Shown here: piece by piece, positions 39,210 to 47,338 of the stretch | Numbering within the stretch: the stretch's first letter is position 1 | Layout of the letters: each line of letters begins with the position of its first letter | Assembly (NCBI GenBank): GCA_963750645.1 | Contig: CAVVRO010000008.1 | Coordinates: forward strand, 770,238-834,237 | Direction: 5' to 3' | Source: an uncultured Microthrixaceae bacterium | GTDB taxonomy: Bacteria; Actinomycetota; Acidimicrobiia; Acidimicrobiales; VFJN01 | DNA: 64,000 nt | Position numbers and translations under genes: made by a program | The notes under the pieces: model-generated | Database searches by the model: none | Seen by the model: the letters and a program-made list of their open reading frames with translations, nothing else | What the model was told of the DNA's origin: nothing

Positions 39210-40675
39210 GGGTCGACCTCATCCGCCGCCTCCACCTCGGGGACGCTGACCGTGAGCGGCAGCGTGATGCGCACGGTCCACCCGGCCCCGGGGCTGGTCG
39301 TTGCCTGCACGGTGCCGTCGTGCGCTTCGACGATGGAGCGGACGATCGAGAGCCCCAGACCGGCACCGCCAGACCCACGGGAGCGTGACTCGTCCGCCCG
39401 GTGGAACCGCTCGAACGCCCGCCTCGCCTCCTCGGGGGCTTCTCCGGGTCCGTCATCGGCGACGACGAGCAGGACCTGGCCATCGCCTGTCGTCAGTGCG
39501 GCGTGGGTGCGGGTGGACGGTGGCGTGTGAGCGCGCACGTTGGCCAGCAGGTTGTCGACCACCTGCCGGAGCTGCGCCCGGTCGCCGGTGACGAACGCGA
39601 CCTGGTCGACACGCAGCTCGATCGGGTAGCGGCCGTCGACGGCGTGCGCCATGGCCACCGCTTCGATGACGACCTCGCTGAGGTCCACCGCGGTGAACTC
39701 CGGCAACCGATGCTGGTCGAGTCTGGCCAGGAGGAGGAGCTCGTCGACGAGGACCGCCATCCGTGCCGTCTCCGAGGCGATCCCGGCCAGCGCCCGGTCC
39801 AGGTCGGCGGGCTCGCCGCGTGCGCCCCGATCGATCAGCTCGACGTAGGCGCCGACGGCCGTCAAGGGAGTCCGGAGCTCGTGGGACACATCGGCCACGA
39901 ACTGGCGCATCCTCTCCTCCGACTCCCGTAGCGCGGTCTCCGTCGTATCGCGGTCGGCGAAGGCACCTCGGATCCGATCGAGCATCAGGTTCACCGCCAA
40001 GGCCACGCGTCCGACCTCGGTGGCCTCGTTGGCGCCGGGTACCTCGATGTCGAGGTCCCCTGCCTCGGCGATGGCGAGGGCGGCGCGCTCGGTGCGACGC
40101 AGCGGTCGAAGGCCGAACGTGACGAGTGCGAGCCCGAGCAGGGCGGCGATCACCAAGGCCAGCGCCGCGGTCGTCGCCTGGACGGACACGAGGCGCCCGG
40201 CAGACTCATCGGCTTCGTGCAGCGTCGCCCCCACCAGGAGCACGCGTCCGTCCGCGAGCCGCTCGCTGCGGACCCGGAGCCGATCCTCGCCGCCCGGAGC
40301 CGAGACGACGTCGTGCCGGACGGCACCCGTCGCCGTCCGGCTGAGCTCGCTGAGCGCGCTCGACAGGGCTTCATCACCCGGCGGCGGCGGATCGTCGCGA
40401 TCCCGCGGCCGGGTGTCGACGGTCAGGTCCGTCCCCCCATCGGCGGCACGCACCTGGACCAGGGTGCCGGGTGCCGCCAACCGGATCTCGGCGCTGGGGT
40501 CGTCGAGATCCTGCGCGAGGATGGAGCTCACCTCGTCCGCGGTCTGGTCGAGGCGGACGTCGACCTGGTCGATCAGTGACCGGGTGAACACCGAGTGCGT
40601 TGCGAGACCGGCTCCTCCCAGGGCCAGCGCCACGACGACGACCGTGACGGCGGCAAGCCGAGCGCGCAGGGTCAA
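39206..40675 (-). CDS. HAMP-domain sensor histidine kinase (PhoR/TcrY-like)
   Basis: Two TM helices, HAMP, FVADVSHELRTPL, NLLANVRAHTP, DDGPG, GAGLGL; TTG overlapping the RR stop. Confidence 0.92.
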   Translation of the reverse strand: MTLRARLAAVTVVVVALALGGAGLATHSVFTRSLIDQVDVRLDQTADEVSSILAQDLDDPSAEIRLAAPGTLVQVRAADGGTDLTVDTRPRDRDDPPPPGDEALSSALSELSRTATGAVRHDVVSAPGGEDRLRVRSERLADGRVLLVGATLHEADESAGRLVSVQATTAALALVIAALLGLALVTFGLRPLRRTERAALAIAEAGDLDIEVPGANEATEVGRVALAVNLMLDRIRGAFADRDTTETALRESEERMRQFVADVSHELRTPLTAVGAYVELIDRGARGEPADLDRALAGIASETARMAVLVDELLLLARLDQHRLPEFTAVDLSEVVIEAVAMAHAVDGRYPIELRVDQVAFVTGDRAQLRQVVDNLLANVRAHTPPSTRTHAALTTGDGQVLLVVADDGPGEAPEEARRAFERFHRADESRSRGSGGAGLGLSIVRSIVEAHDGTVQATTSPGAGWTVRITLPLTVSVPEVEAADEVDP

Positions 40676-41379
40676 GGTTCGACCGGCGGCGTGGGCTCGC
40701 GCAGCGTGTAGCCGACGAGCCGGACGGTGTGGATCAGCGGCGGCCCGAGCGCATTGAGCTTCTTCCGGAGGTAGCTGACGTAGGTCTCCAGGATGTTGCT
40801 GTTCCCGTCGAAGTCGTACTGCCACACGAACTCGAGGATCTGCCCCTTCGACAGCACCGTCCTGGGGTTCAACATGAAGTAGCGCAACAGGTTGAACTCC
40901 GTGGCCGTCAGCTCGATCGGTGCGCCCGCCCGCCACACCTCGTGGGTCCCGACGTCCATGACCACATCGGCGAACTCCAACCTGTCGCCCTGGTCGGTCC
41001 CGGCCGGACGCGCCCGCTGCAGGATCGCCCGCACGCGCAGCACGAGCTCGGCGAGCGAGAACGGCTTGGTGACGTAGTCGTCAGCGCCCGATCCGAACCC
41101 CTCGCGCTTGTCGTCGAGGGTGTCGCGCGCCGTCAGGAACAGGATCGGCATCGAGAGCCCGTCCACGCGGAGCCGGCGTGCGACGGCGAACCCGTCGAGG
41201 TCGGGGAGCATCACGTCGAGGACGATCAGATCGGGTAGCTCCTGCTGCGCGGCCACCAGCCCACTTCGCCCCGTGCCGGCTTCGATCACCCGGAAGCCCT
41301 CGTAGCGGAGTGCGGTGGCCACCGCATCGAGGATCGATGCTTCGTCGTCCACGACGAGTACGCACAGCTGGGAGCCCAT
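40672..41379 (-). CDS. OmpR-family response regulator (PhoP/TcrX-like)
   Basis: VVDDE, LDVMLPD, ADDYVTKPFS, VWQYDFDG..NILETYVSYLRKKL, IHTVR.VGY. Confidence 0.95.
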   Translation of the reverse strand: MGSQLCVLVVDDEASILDAVATALRYEGFRVIEAGTGRSGLVAAQQELPDLIVLDVMLPDLDGFAVARRLRVDGLSMPILFLTARDTLDDKREGFGSGADDYVTKPFSLAELVLRVRAILQRARPAGTDQGDRLEFADVVMDVGTHEVWRAGAPIELTATEFNLLRYFMLNPRTVLSKGQILEFVWQYDFDGNSNILETYVSYLRKKLNALGPPLIHTVRLVGYTLREPTPPVEP

Positions 41380-41541
41380 TCAGGCGGCCACCCATGACCA
41401 ACGAGCCTTCACCGCTGCTCCTCCACGGTCGCCCTCGCCGTCGCAGGGGTCGAGCCTTCGCGTGCCGAGCCTATGACCGCGCCAGGACGACGGGGGACGC
41501 CGAGGTGATCCGGGGGCACAGCACGCACGATGGTCCGGTCT

Positions 41542-41559
41542 CCTGTGTGCCACCTGGGA
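41542..41559 (-). promoter_or_regulatory. Tandem OmpR/PhoP-type box TCCCAGG-N4-ACACAGG (possible autoregulatory site)
   Basis: 11-bp-period repeat upstream of the response regulator operon. Confidence 0.5.
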
Positions 41560-41610
41560 CCGCCATGAGCACCCGCGTAGAGGGGGGGTGACGACCGGTA
41601 GCCTCCGTCG

Positions 41611-42351
41611 ATGAGGCGGAGCCGCCGTGGACTTCCCGACGACGCCGAGCAGATCATCGAGCGGGACCTCGCCCACTGGGCGGTGCTCGATGACGAGGAG
41701 CGCCAGCGGTTGCTCGAGCTCACCGAGTGGCTCCTGCAGCGCAAGCACTGGGAGGCCGCCGGCGGCTTCGAGCTGACCGACACCATCCGCCTGGTGATCG
41801 CCGTGCAGGCCGCCCTGCTGATCCTCGGCTTGACCCCGGACCACTACCGGCTCGTGAGCTCGATCATCGTCTACCCCTCGACCGCGATCTCCACCGGCGA
41901 GCGACCGGGGCCGGCCGCGGGGACCCGCACCGACGAGCCGCTGGCGATCCACGGCCTGGCCCAGGACCGGCGGGGGCCAGTGCTGGTCGCCTGGGATCAG
42001 GCCCAGGCGTCGGCCCGCCATCCCGAGCGCGGCCACAACGTCGTGATCCACGAGTTCGCGCACAAGCTCGACATGCTCGACGGGCTCATCGACGGCACGC
42101 CCCCGATCGACGCCGCGGCGATGAAGCCCTGGGTCGCGATCTGCACGGAGATCTTCGACGACCTCCGGGCCGGGCGTCCCCGGCCGCCGCTGCGACCGTA
42201 CGGGGCCACGAACCCGGGCGAGTTCTTCGCGGTCGCCACGGAGGCCTTCTTCGACCTCGCCGCGGAGCTGGCGGAGAACGAGCCCGACCTGTACCGGATC
42301 CTGTCCGACTTCTACGGACAGGATCCCAGCGCGCGCCGCCCGGCGCGCTGA
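41611..42351 (+). CDS. Zinc-dependent peptidase M90 (MtfA family)
   Basis: IAVQAALL, IIVYP, NVVIHEFAHKLD, YGATNPGEFFAVATEAFF. Confidence 0.92.
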   Translation: MRRSRRGLPDDAEQIIERDLAHWAVLDDEERQRLLELTEWLLQRKHWEAAGGFELTDTIRLVIAVQAALLILGLTPDHYRLVSSIIVYPSTAISTGERPGPAAGTRTDEPLAIHGLAQDRRGPVLVAWDQAQASARHPERGHNVVIHEFAHKLDMLDGLIDGTPPIDAAAMKPWVAICTEIFDDLRAGRPRPPLRPYGATNPGEFFAVATEAFFDLAAELAENEPDLYRILSDFYGQDPSARRPAR

Positions 42352-42502
42352 CGGCTGCTGGGACGAACAGGAGGAAACCAGCAGAATCGGGCGCCCATCG
42401 GTAAAGACTCGGCCAAGTCCGCGCGGCAGCTCTTGAGGACTCGGGTCGGGCCGTCGATGGCTCCCCAGGCGGTCGCGCGGGTCGACCCCAGAGGAGGTCC
42501 CG

Positions 42503-42976
42503 ATGGAGCGACGCACAGCGCTGGCGGCGGCGGCCGTGGGTGCGTTGTTGGCCGCGAGCGGGGTCGTGGCCATCAGCACCAGCCTGCTCGACGCCGGCGG
42601 TGACGAGACGAGCGCCTTCGAGGGCCCCTCGCCCACCACGCTCGCGACGACGCCCTCGACGGCTCCTGGACCGGTCGTGGTCACCGAGACGCGAGACGTG
42701 TTCGACACGATCGTGGTGCCGGTGGCTGATCCGGTGAGCAGCCCGGCCGCGCCAGCGCCGGCGGCGGGCTCGACCCCCACGAAGACGTCCAAGGCGACCT
42801 CGCCGCCCACGACCTCGCCGCCCGCGCCGCCCGCGACCGCCCCGTCCACCACCTCGACCACGCGCCCTCCCGGGGTTCCGGCGGACTGGCCGGCCGACAA
42901 GCCGATCCCACCCGTGCCGGCGGGATGTCAGAAGCCGCAGCTCGAGGACAACGGCGTGTGGAACTGCGATCACTGA
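42503..42976 (+). CDS. Secreted/anchored Pro-Thr-rich protein with a small C-terminal Cys/Trp domain
   Basis: MERRTALAAAAVGALL signal, GAGGAGG RBS, low-complexity stalk, C-terminus PADWPADKPIPPVPAGCQKPQLEDNGVWNCDH. Confidence 0.75.
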   Translation: MERRTALAAAAVGALLAASGVVAISTSLLDAGGDETSAFEGPSPTTLATTPSTAPGPVVVTETRDVFDTIVVPVADPVSSPAAPAPAAGSTPTKTSKATSPPTTSPPAPPATAPSTTSTTRPPGVPADWPADKPIPPVPAGCQKPQLEDNGVWNCDH

Positions 42977-42977
42977 C

Positions 42978-43583
42978 ATGAGCACCGACGCAGAGCGTGC
43001 CGAGCGGCTTCGACGCCTACAGGAGCGGCGAGCGGGCGCGCCCCCGCGCCCCCCGTCGCGCGACGGGGAGCTGCACCCAACCGCGCCGGTTGACGGCGGC
43101 GGGGTACCGGCCCCCGCGCCCCGAGCGGCCACGGGCAACCGACGCCGCCGAGCGGCGCCCGCCGGCCGGGTGCTGGCCGCCGGCCTCAGCGCCACGGCGT
43201 TCCTGGGCGGCGTGGCAGCACTGGGGGCCACCGCCAAGGCCCCCTCAGCCGGCGACGATGGCACGGCAGCGGCCGGCGCTGACCCTTCGGCGACGCCCTC
43301 CAGCACGATGCCGGTCCCCACCACGGTTCCCGTGCCGGCCACCGTCGTGGTCGTCGAAGAGGTGCACCACCCCGTGTACGTCGACCAGCACGGCAACCCC
43401 ATCGGTGGTTCGAGCACCGGGTCCGCGGCCGGCGCCCGCGCGACGGGCAGCGGCGGCACGTCGACCGTGAGGTCCGTGACCACCACACCCACCGCGGCAC
43501 CCGCCCCGGCGGGGCCCGCGCCGGTCGCCACCACCCCGCCGCCGCCGCCGCCTCCTCCGGCCTGCTCCGGCTCGACGTGCTGA
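42978..43583 (+). CDS. Membrane-tethered Pro/Thr-rich protein ending in C-SGST-C (candidate ApbE substrate)
   Basis: N-terminus AERLRRLQERR...RRRR + TM resembles that of the FMN-binding protein; poly-Pro then ACSGSTC*; overlaps the apbE start. Confidence 0.75.
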   Translation: MSTDAERAERLRRLQERRAGAPPRPPSRDGELHPTAPVDGGGVPAPAPRAATGNRRRRAAPAGRVLAAGLSATAFLGGVAALGATAKAPSAGDDGTAAAGADPSATPSSTMPVPTTVPVPATVVVVEEVHHPVYVDQHGNPIGGSSTGSAAGARATGSGGTSTVRSVTTTPTAAPAPAGPAPVATTPPPPPPPPACSGSTC

Positions 43584-44509
43584 GGGGCGCTCCGCACTGG
43601 CACGAGCGCCGGTTCCATGCCATGGGCAGCCCGGCGCACCTGATCGTGGGTGGCGCCCACGAGCCGCTTCTGGAGTGGGCGGTCGACGAGGTCGAGCGGC
43701 TGGAGCAGAGCTGGAGCCGCTTCCGACCCACGAGCGAGGTGTCGCGGGTCATGGCGACCCCTGGCGAGTGGGTGGCCGTGAGCGAGGACCTGCTCCGGAT
43801 CCTCGTCAGAGCACGGTCGCTGTGGGAGCACACCGCCGGCGCCTTCGACCCGACCGTCCTCCCTGCGCTCCGTGCGCTCGGCTACGACCGCACCTTCAGC
43901 GCCGTGGCGCCACGGGACGACGCCACGCTGGCCGTGCCCGAGCCCGTCCCTGGCTTCGGAGCAGTGGAGCTGGATGAGGACGCGGGCGCGGTACGACTCG
44001 CTCCAGGTGCCGGGCTCGACCTCGGTGGCATCGGCAAGGGCCTGGCCGCCGACCTGCTGGTCGAGGGCCTGTTGCTCCGCGGCGCGGGCTCGGCACTGCT
44101 CGGGATGGGCGGCGATGTCCGCGCAGCAGGTGTGGTGCCCGACGGCGGATGGCGCATCCCCGTGCTCGACCCCTTCGACGCGGAGCACGTGTGGCGGGAG
44201 GTGGTCCTCGACACGGACGCGGTGGTCACCAGCACCTCCCTCCTGCGGCAATGGAGCCGGGGCGGGCGCGAGCTGCACCACATCATCGACCCGCTCGACG
44301 GGATGCCGACCGACGCGGGCGTCGTCGCGGTCGTGGCGCAGGGCCCAGAGGCGTGGTGGGCGGAGGGTCTGGCCAAGGCGGCGATGGTGCTCGGCACCAC
44401 AGCTGCGCCCACCTTGTTCCAGGGCACAGGAGTGACCGCCACGCTGTTCCGGGAGGATCGGACGGTCATCGACGTCCGCGACGAGGCGATGACGTGCTCG
44501 CCGCGGTGA
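43577..44509 (+). CDS. apbE: FAD:protein FMN transferase (ApbE family), module 2
   Basis: FHAMGS, WSRFRPTSE, FDPTV, DLGGIGKG, GGD, TS, HHIIDP, AEGLAKA. Confidence 0.92.
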   Translation: MLRGAPHWHERRFHAMGSPAHLIVGGAHEPLLEWAVDEVERLEQSWSRFRPTSEVSRVMATPGEWVAVSEDLLRILVRARSLWEHTAGAFDPTVLPALRALGYDRTFSAVAPRDDATLAVPEPVPGFGAVELDEDAGAVRLAPGAGLDLGGIGKGLAADLLVEGLLLRGAGSALLGMGGDVRAAGVVPDGGWRIPVLDPFDAEHVWREVVLDTDAVVTSTSLLRQWSRGGRELHHIIDPLDGMPTDAGVVAVVAQGPEAWWAEGLAKAAMVLGTTAAPTLFQGTGVTATLFREDRTVIDVRDEAMTCSPR

Positions 44510-45066
44510 ACCCACAGGTGGCCTGGTACGCGTCGCGCTCATCCGGCGTCGTCGCGTGGGCGCTGGTGACGGCGAGCATCTTGTGGGGGCTCGCGCTCTC
44601 GACTCGCCTGATCCGCAAGCGCGGGGTCCCCGCCTGGCTCCTCGACCTGCACCGCTTCCTCGGCACCCTCTCGCTGGTGTTCGTCGCGGTCCACCTCGTG
44701 GCCCTGTGGGCCGACAGCTACACGGTCTTCGGCTGGAGCGAGCTGTTCATCCCGCTGGCGTCGACCTTTCGACCAGGCGCCGTCGCGTGGGGGATCGCCG
44801 CCACCTACCTGCTCGTCGCCGTGGAGGTCACGTCGTGGCTGATGCGGCGCCTGCCGCGTCGGCTGTGGCACACGATCCACCTCAGCAGCTTCGGGCTGTT
44901 CGTCACCGCGAGCGTGCACGGCTTCCAGTCGGGTGCCGACCGGGAGACGTTGGTGGTGCAGTGGCTGGCCCTCACGGGCGGCACGTTGCTGGTGTTCCTG
45001 GTCCTCTTCCGACTGCTCGCGCCACGCCGGGCCCGCGCCAAGGTCCCGGTCGCCTCCGCCGCGTGA
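44506..45066 (+). CDS. Ferric reductase-like transmembrane (MsrQ-like cytochrome b) protein, module 2
   Basis: WYASRSSG; His residues in LDLHRFL, AVH, WHTIH, SVHG; GTGA coupling; paralogous to 38661-39209. Confidence 0.85.
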   Translation: MNPQVAWYASRSSGVVAWALVTASILWGLALSTRLIRKRGVPAWLLDLHRFLGTLSLVFVAVHLVALWADSYTVFGWSELFIPLASTFRPGAVAWGIAATYLLVAVEVTSWLMRRLPRRLWHTIHLSSFGLFVTASVHGFQSGADRETLVVQWLALTGGTLLVFLVLFRLLAPRRARAKVPVASAA

Positions 45067-45083
45067 TCTGGGGAGCGGTGCCT

Positions 45084-45692
45084 TCAGGAGGGGCGACGCG
45101 CGATCGGATGGCTGGCCACCACGCTCTCCAGCACCGCCAGCCCGACCGTGATCTTGCGCAGGAACGACGGGTTGTGCGGCACGAGGTGGAAGCTCGGATG
45201 GGACGACCACAGGGTTCGCAGCTTCCGGTCGAGCTCGAGGGCCTCCTCGTTGGTCTCGGTGCGGTAGCGGTTCCCGCCCTCGATCTCGACGCCACCGACG
45301 ACGGCCGTCTCGAAGAACAGCACGATGTCGTAGCGGGCCAGCTCCGCCTCGTGTGAGGTGCCCATCGCCTCGAAGTACCCGTCCGGCCCGTCGGGCCAGT
45401 ACGCGGCGCCGTCGATGGTGCCCCGGTCGCAGAGGAGGATGCGATCCGGGAAGGTGGTGGCCTGGATGTCCTCCAGCGCCCGCTGGACCTCGAAGATGGC
45501 TCGTTGCACGGACCGCCGGGCGTCGGCGTTCGGCACCCGGGGGAAGCCGCCGGCGAACAGGGTCGTGGCCGACTCAGGCACCACGACGACCTGCTCACCG
45601 ATCTCGCGCCGGAAGAGGTCGACGGCGGTGGTCTTGCCTCCGCCGGGACCACCCGTGAGCACGATCCGCAACGGTTGGTCGACGAGATCCAC
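45084..45692 (-). CDS. P-loop ATPase/kinase-like protein (NadR/Ttd14 AAA type)
   Basis: RIVLTGGPGGGKTT Walker A, VPESAT, LCDRGTIDG; start approximate. Confidence 0.8.
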   Translation of the reverse strand: MDLVDQPLRIVLTGGPGGGKTTAVDLFRREIGEQVVVVPESATTLFAGGFPRVPNADARRSVQRAIFEVQRALEDIQATTFPDRILLCDRGTIDGAAYWPDGPDGYFEAMGTSHEAELARYDIVLFFETAVVGGVEIEGGNRYRTETNEEALELDRKLRTLWSSHPSFHLVPHNPSFLRKITVGLAVLESVVASHPIARRPS

Positions 45693-45872
45693 GATCAGGC
45701 GACCTCCGTCGCATCGGCAGCATCCTGCTCGGCGTAGCCGTCCTTCGCCATGGGCAGATACTTGCGCCTGCGGAGTCCGCCTGCCTGCGGTCGGCCGTCG
45801 TTGACTCCCGCTCACCGTCATCGCTTAGCCTCCCGCGGATGCGAACCGGCGACTGGCGATGGGGGCGACCTC

Positions 45873-46640
45873 TTGTGGGGTGACCGGCGCGTGTCCGTCG
45901 TGCTGATGACCTACGCGGAGCGGGACTCGATCCGCTCGGTGATCGACGGCTTCTACGACACCGGCGTGGTCGACGAGGTGCTGGTCGTCAACAACAACGC
46001 CGAGGACGGCACCGTCGAAGAGGTCGAGAAGACCGACGCCAGGATGGTCTTCGAGCCCCGTCAGGGCTACGGGTACGCGTGCCGACGGGGCCTGGTCGAG
46101 GCCGAGGGCGACCTGATCGTGCTCGCGGAGCCCGATGGCACCTTCCTGCCGAGCGACATCCACAAGCTGCTCGCGTTCGTCGGTGAGTGCGACGCCGTCT
46201 TCGGGACCCGGACGACCCGGGAGCTGATCTGGCACGGCGCCAACATGGACTGGTTCCTGCGCTGGGGGAACTGGGCCGTCGCGAAGTCGATCGAGGCGAT
46301 GTTCAACACGACCCACCTCAGCGACGTCGGGTGCACCTACCGAGTGTTCACGCGCGAGCTGGCTGACCTGATCGCCGAGCGCATGCGGGTCGGCGGGAAC
46401 CACGCGGGGCCTGAGATGATGCTGCTCACGATCACCTCGGGTGCCCGCTTCGTCGAGATCCCGGTCAACTACCTGCCGCGGGTCGGCACCTCGTCGGCCA
46501 CCGGCAGCCTGCGAACGGCGATCGGCATCGGGCTGCGGATGATCGCGCTGATCCTCGACTTCCGGCGCCGCACCCCCCGCTCGATGCCGCGCCCGGCACG
46601 ACTCGGCATCGACCCGGCCATCGGGATCGACGATGACTGA
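45873..46640 (+). CDS. Glycosyltransferase family 2 (DPM-synthase-like)
   Basis: VSVVLMTY, VVNNN, QGYG, EPDGT, SDVGCTYR, EIPVNY; TTG start inferred. Confidence 0.88.
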   Translation: MWGDRRVSVVLMTYAERDSIRSVIDGFYDTGVVDEVLVVNNNAEDGTVEEVEKTDARMVFEPRQGYGYACRRGLVEAEGDLIVLAEPDGTFLPSDIHKLLAFVGECDAVFGTRTTRELIWHGANMDWFLRWGNWAVAKSIEAMFNTTHLSDVGCTYRVFTRELADLIAERMRVGGNHAGPEMMLLTITSGARFVEIPVNYLPRVGTSSATGSLRTAIGIGLRMIALILDFRRRTPRSMPRPARLGIDPAIGIDDD

Positions 46641-47319
46641 GGACACCTTCGATCGGATCGCCCACGAGTACGACGAGGCGCTGCCCCCCCACGTGGTCGA
46701 GCACTACCTCACCAAGCGCGTCCGCTACATCGTGGAGAACTGCAAGTCCGGGCGTGCCCTCGACGTCGGCTGCGGCACCGGCGTGCTCGCCGGGCGGCTC
46801 TCCCGCGCGGGCTTCACGGTGACGGGGCTCGATCCCTCCCAGGGGATGCTCGACGTGATGGCCGAGTCGGAACCCGGTGTCGAGGGACTGCGCGGCGAGG
46901 GATCCGCGCTGCCCTTCGGCGACGAGACCTTTGATCTGGTGCTCACGGTCGCCGCGCTGCACCACGTCGCGGACCCCGAAGAGGTGCGGGCCACGCTCGT
47001 GGAGATGGTGAGGGTGACGCGGCCGGGCGGGCGCCTCGTGGTGTGGGACCACAACCCCCGCAACCCCTACTGGAAGAACCTGATGGCCCGTGTGCCCCAG
47101 GACGACGGCAGCGAGCGACTCATCCCGGAAGCCGAGATCGTGGGCGGTCTGCACGAAGGCGGGGCCGAGATCCTCGGCTCGAGCCAGCTCGGGCTCGTCC
47201 CCGACTTCGTGCCGCCCGCGCTGCTGCCGGTGGCCCGGGCGGGCGAGCGCGTCGTCGAGCGTGTGCCGGGTCTGCGGCGGCTCTGCGCCCACAACGTGAT
47301 CCTCGCCGGCCGCCGCTGA
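46633..47319 (+). CDS. Class I SAM-dependent methyltransferase
   Basis: LDVGCGTG, LPFGDETFD, VTRPGG. Confidence 0.9.
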   Translation: MTEDTFDRIAHEYDEALPPHVVEHYLTKRVRYIVENCKSGRALDVGCGTGVLAGRLSRAGFTVTGLDPSQGMLDVMAESEPGVEGLRGEGSALPFGDETFDLVLTVAALHHVADPEEVRATLVEMVRVTRPGGRLVVWDHNPRNPYWKNLMARVPQDDGSERLIPEAEIVGGLHEGGAEILGSSQLGLVPDFVPPALLPVARAGERVVERVPGLRRLCAHNVILAGRR

Positions 47320-47338
47320 CCGGCCCCGCCTGTGAGGG

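Noticed and set aside
41380-41540. Possible small ORF or RNA element upstream of the response regulator
   Set aside because: No convincing start/RBS, coding motif or recognisable riboswitch
45084-45692. AAA/NadR-like ATPase as an anti-phage defence gene
   Set aside because: Stand-alone, with no nuclease or effector partner and no compositional anomaly
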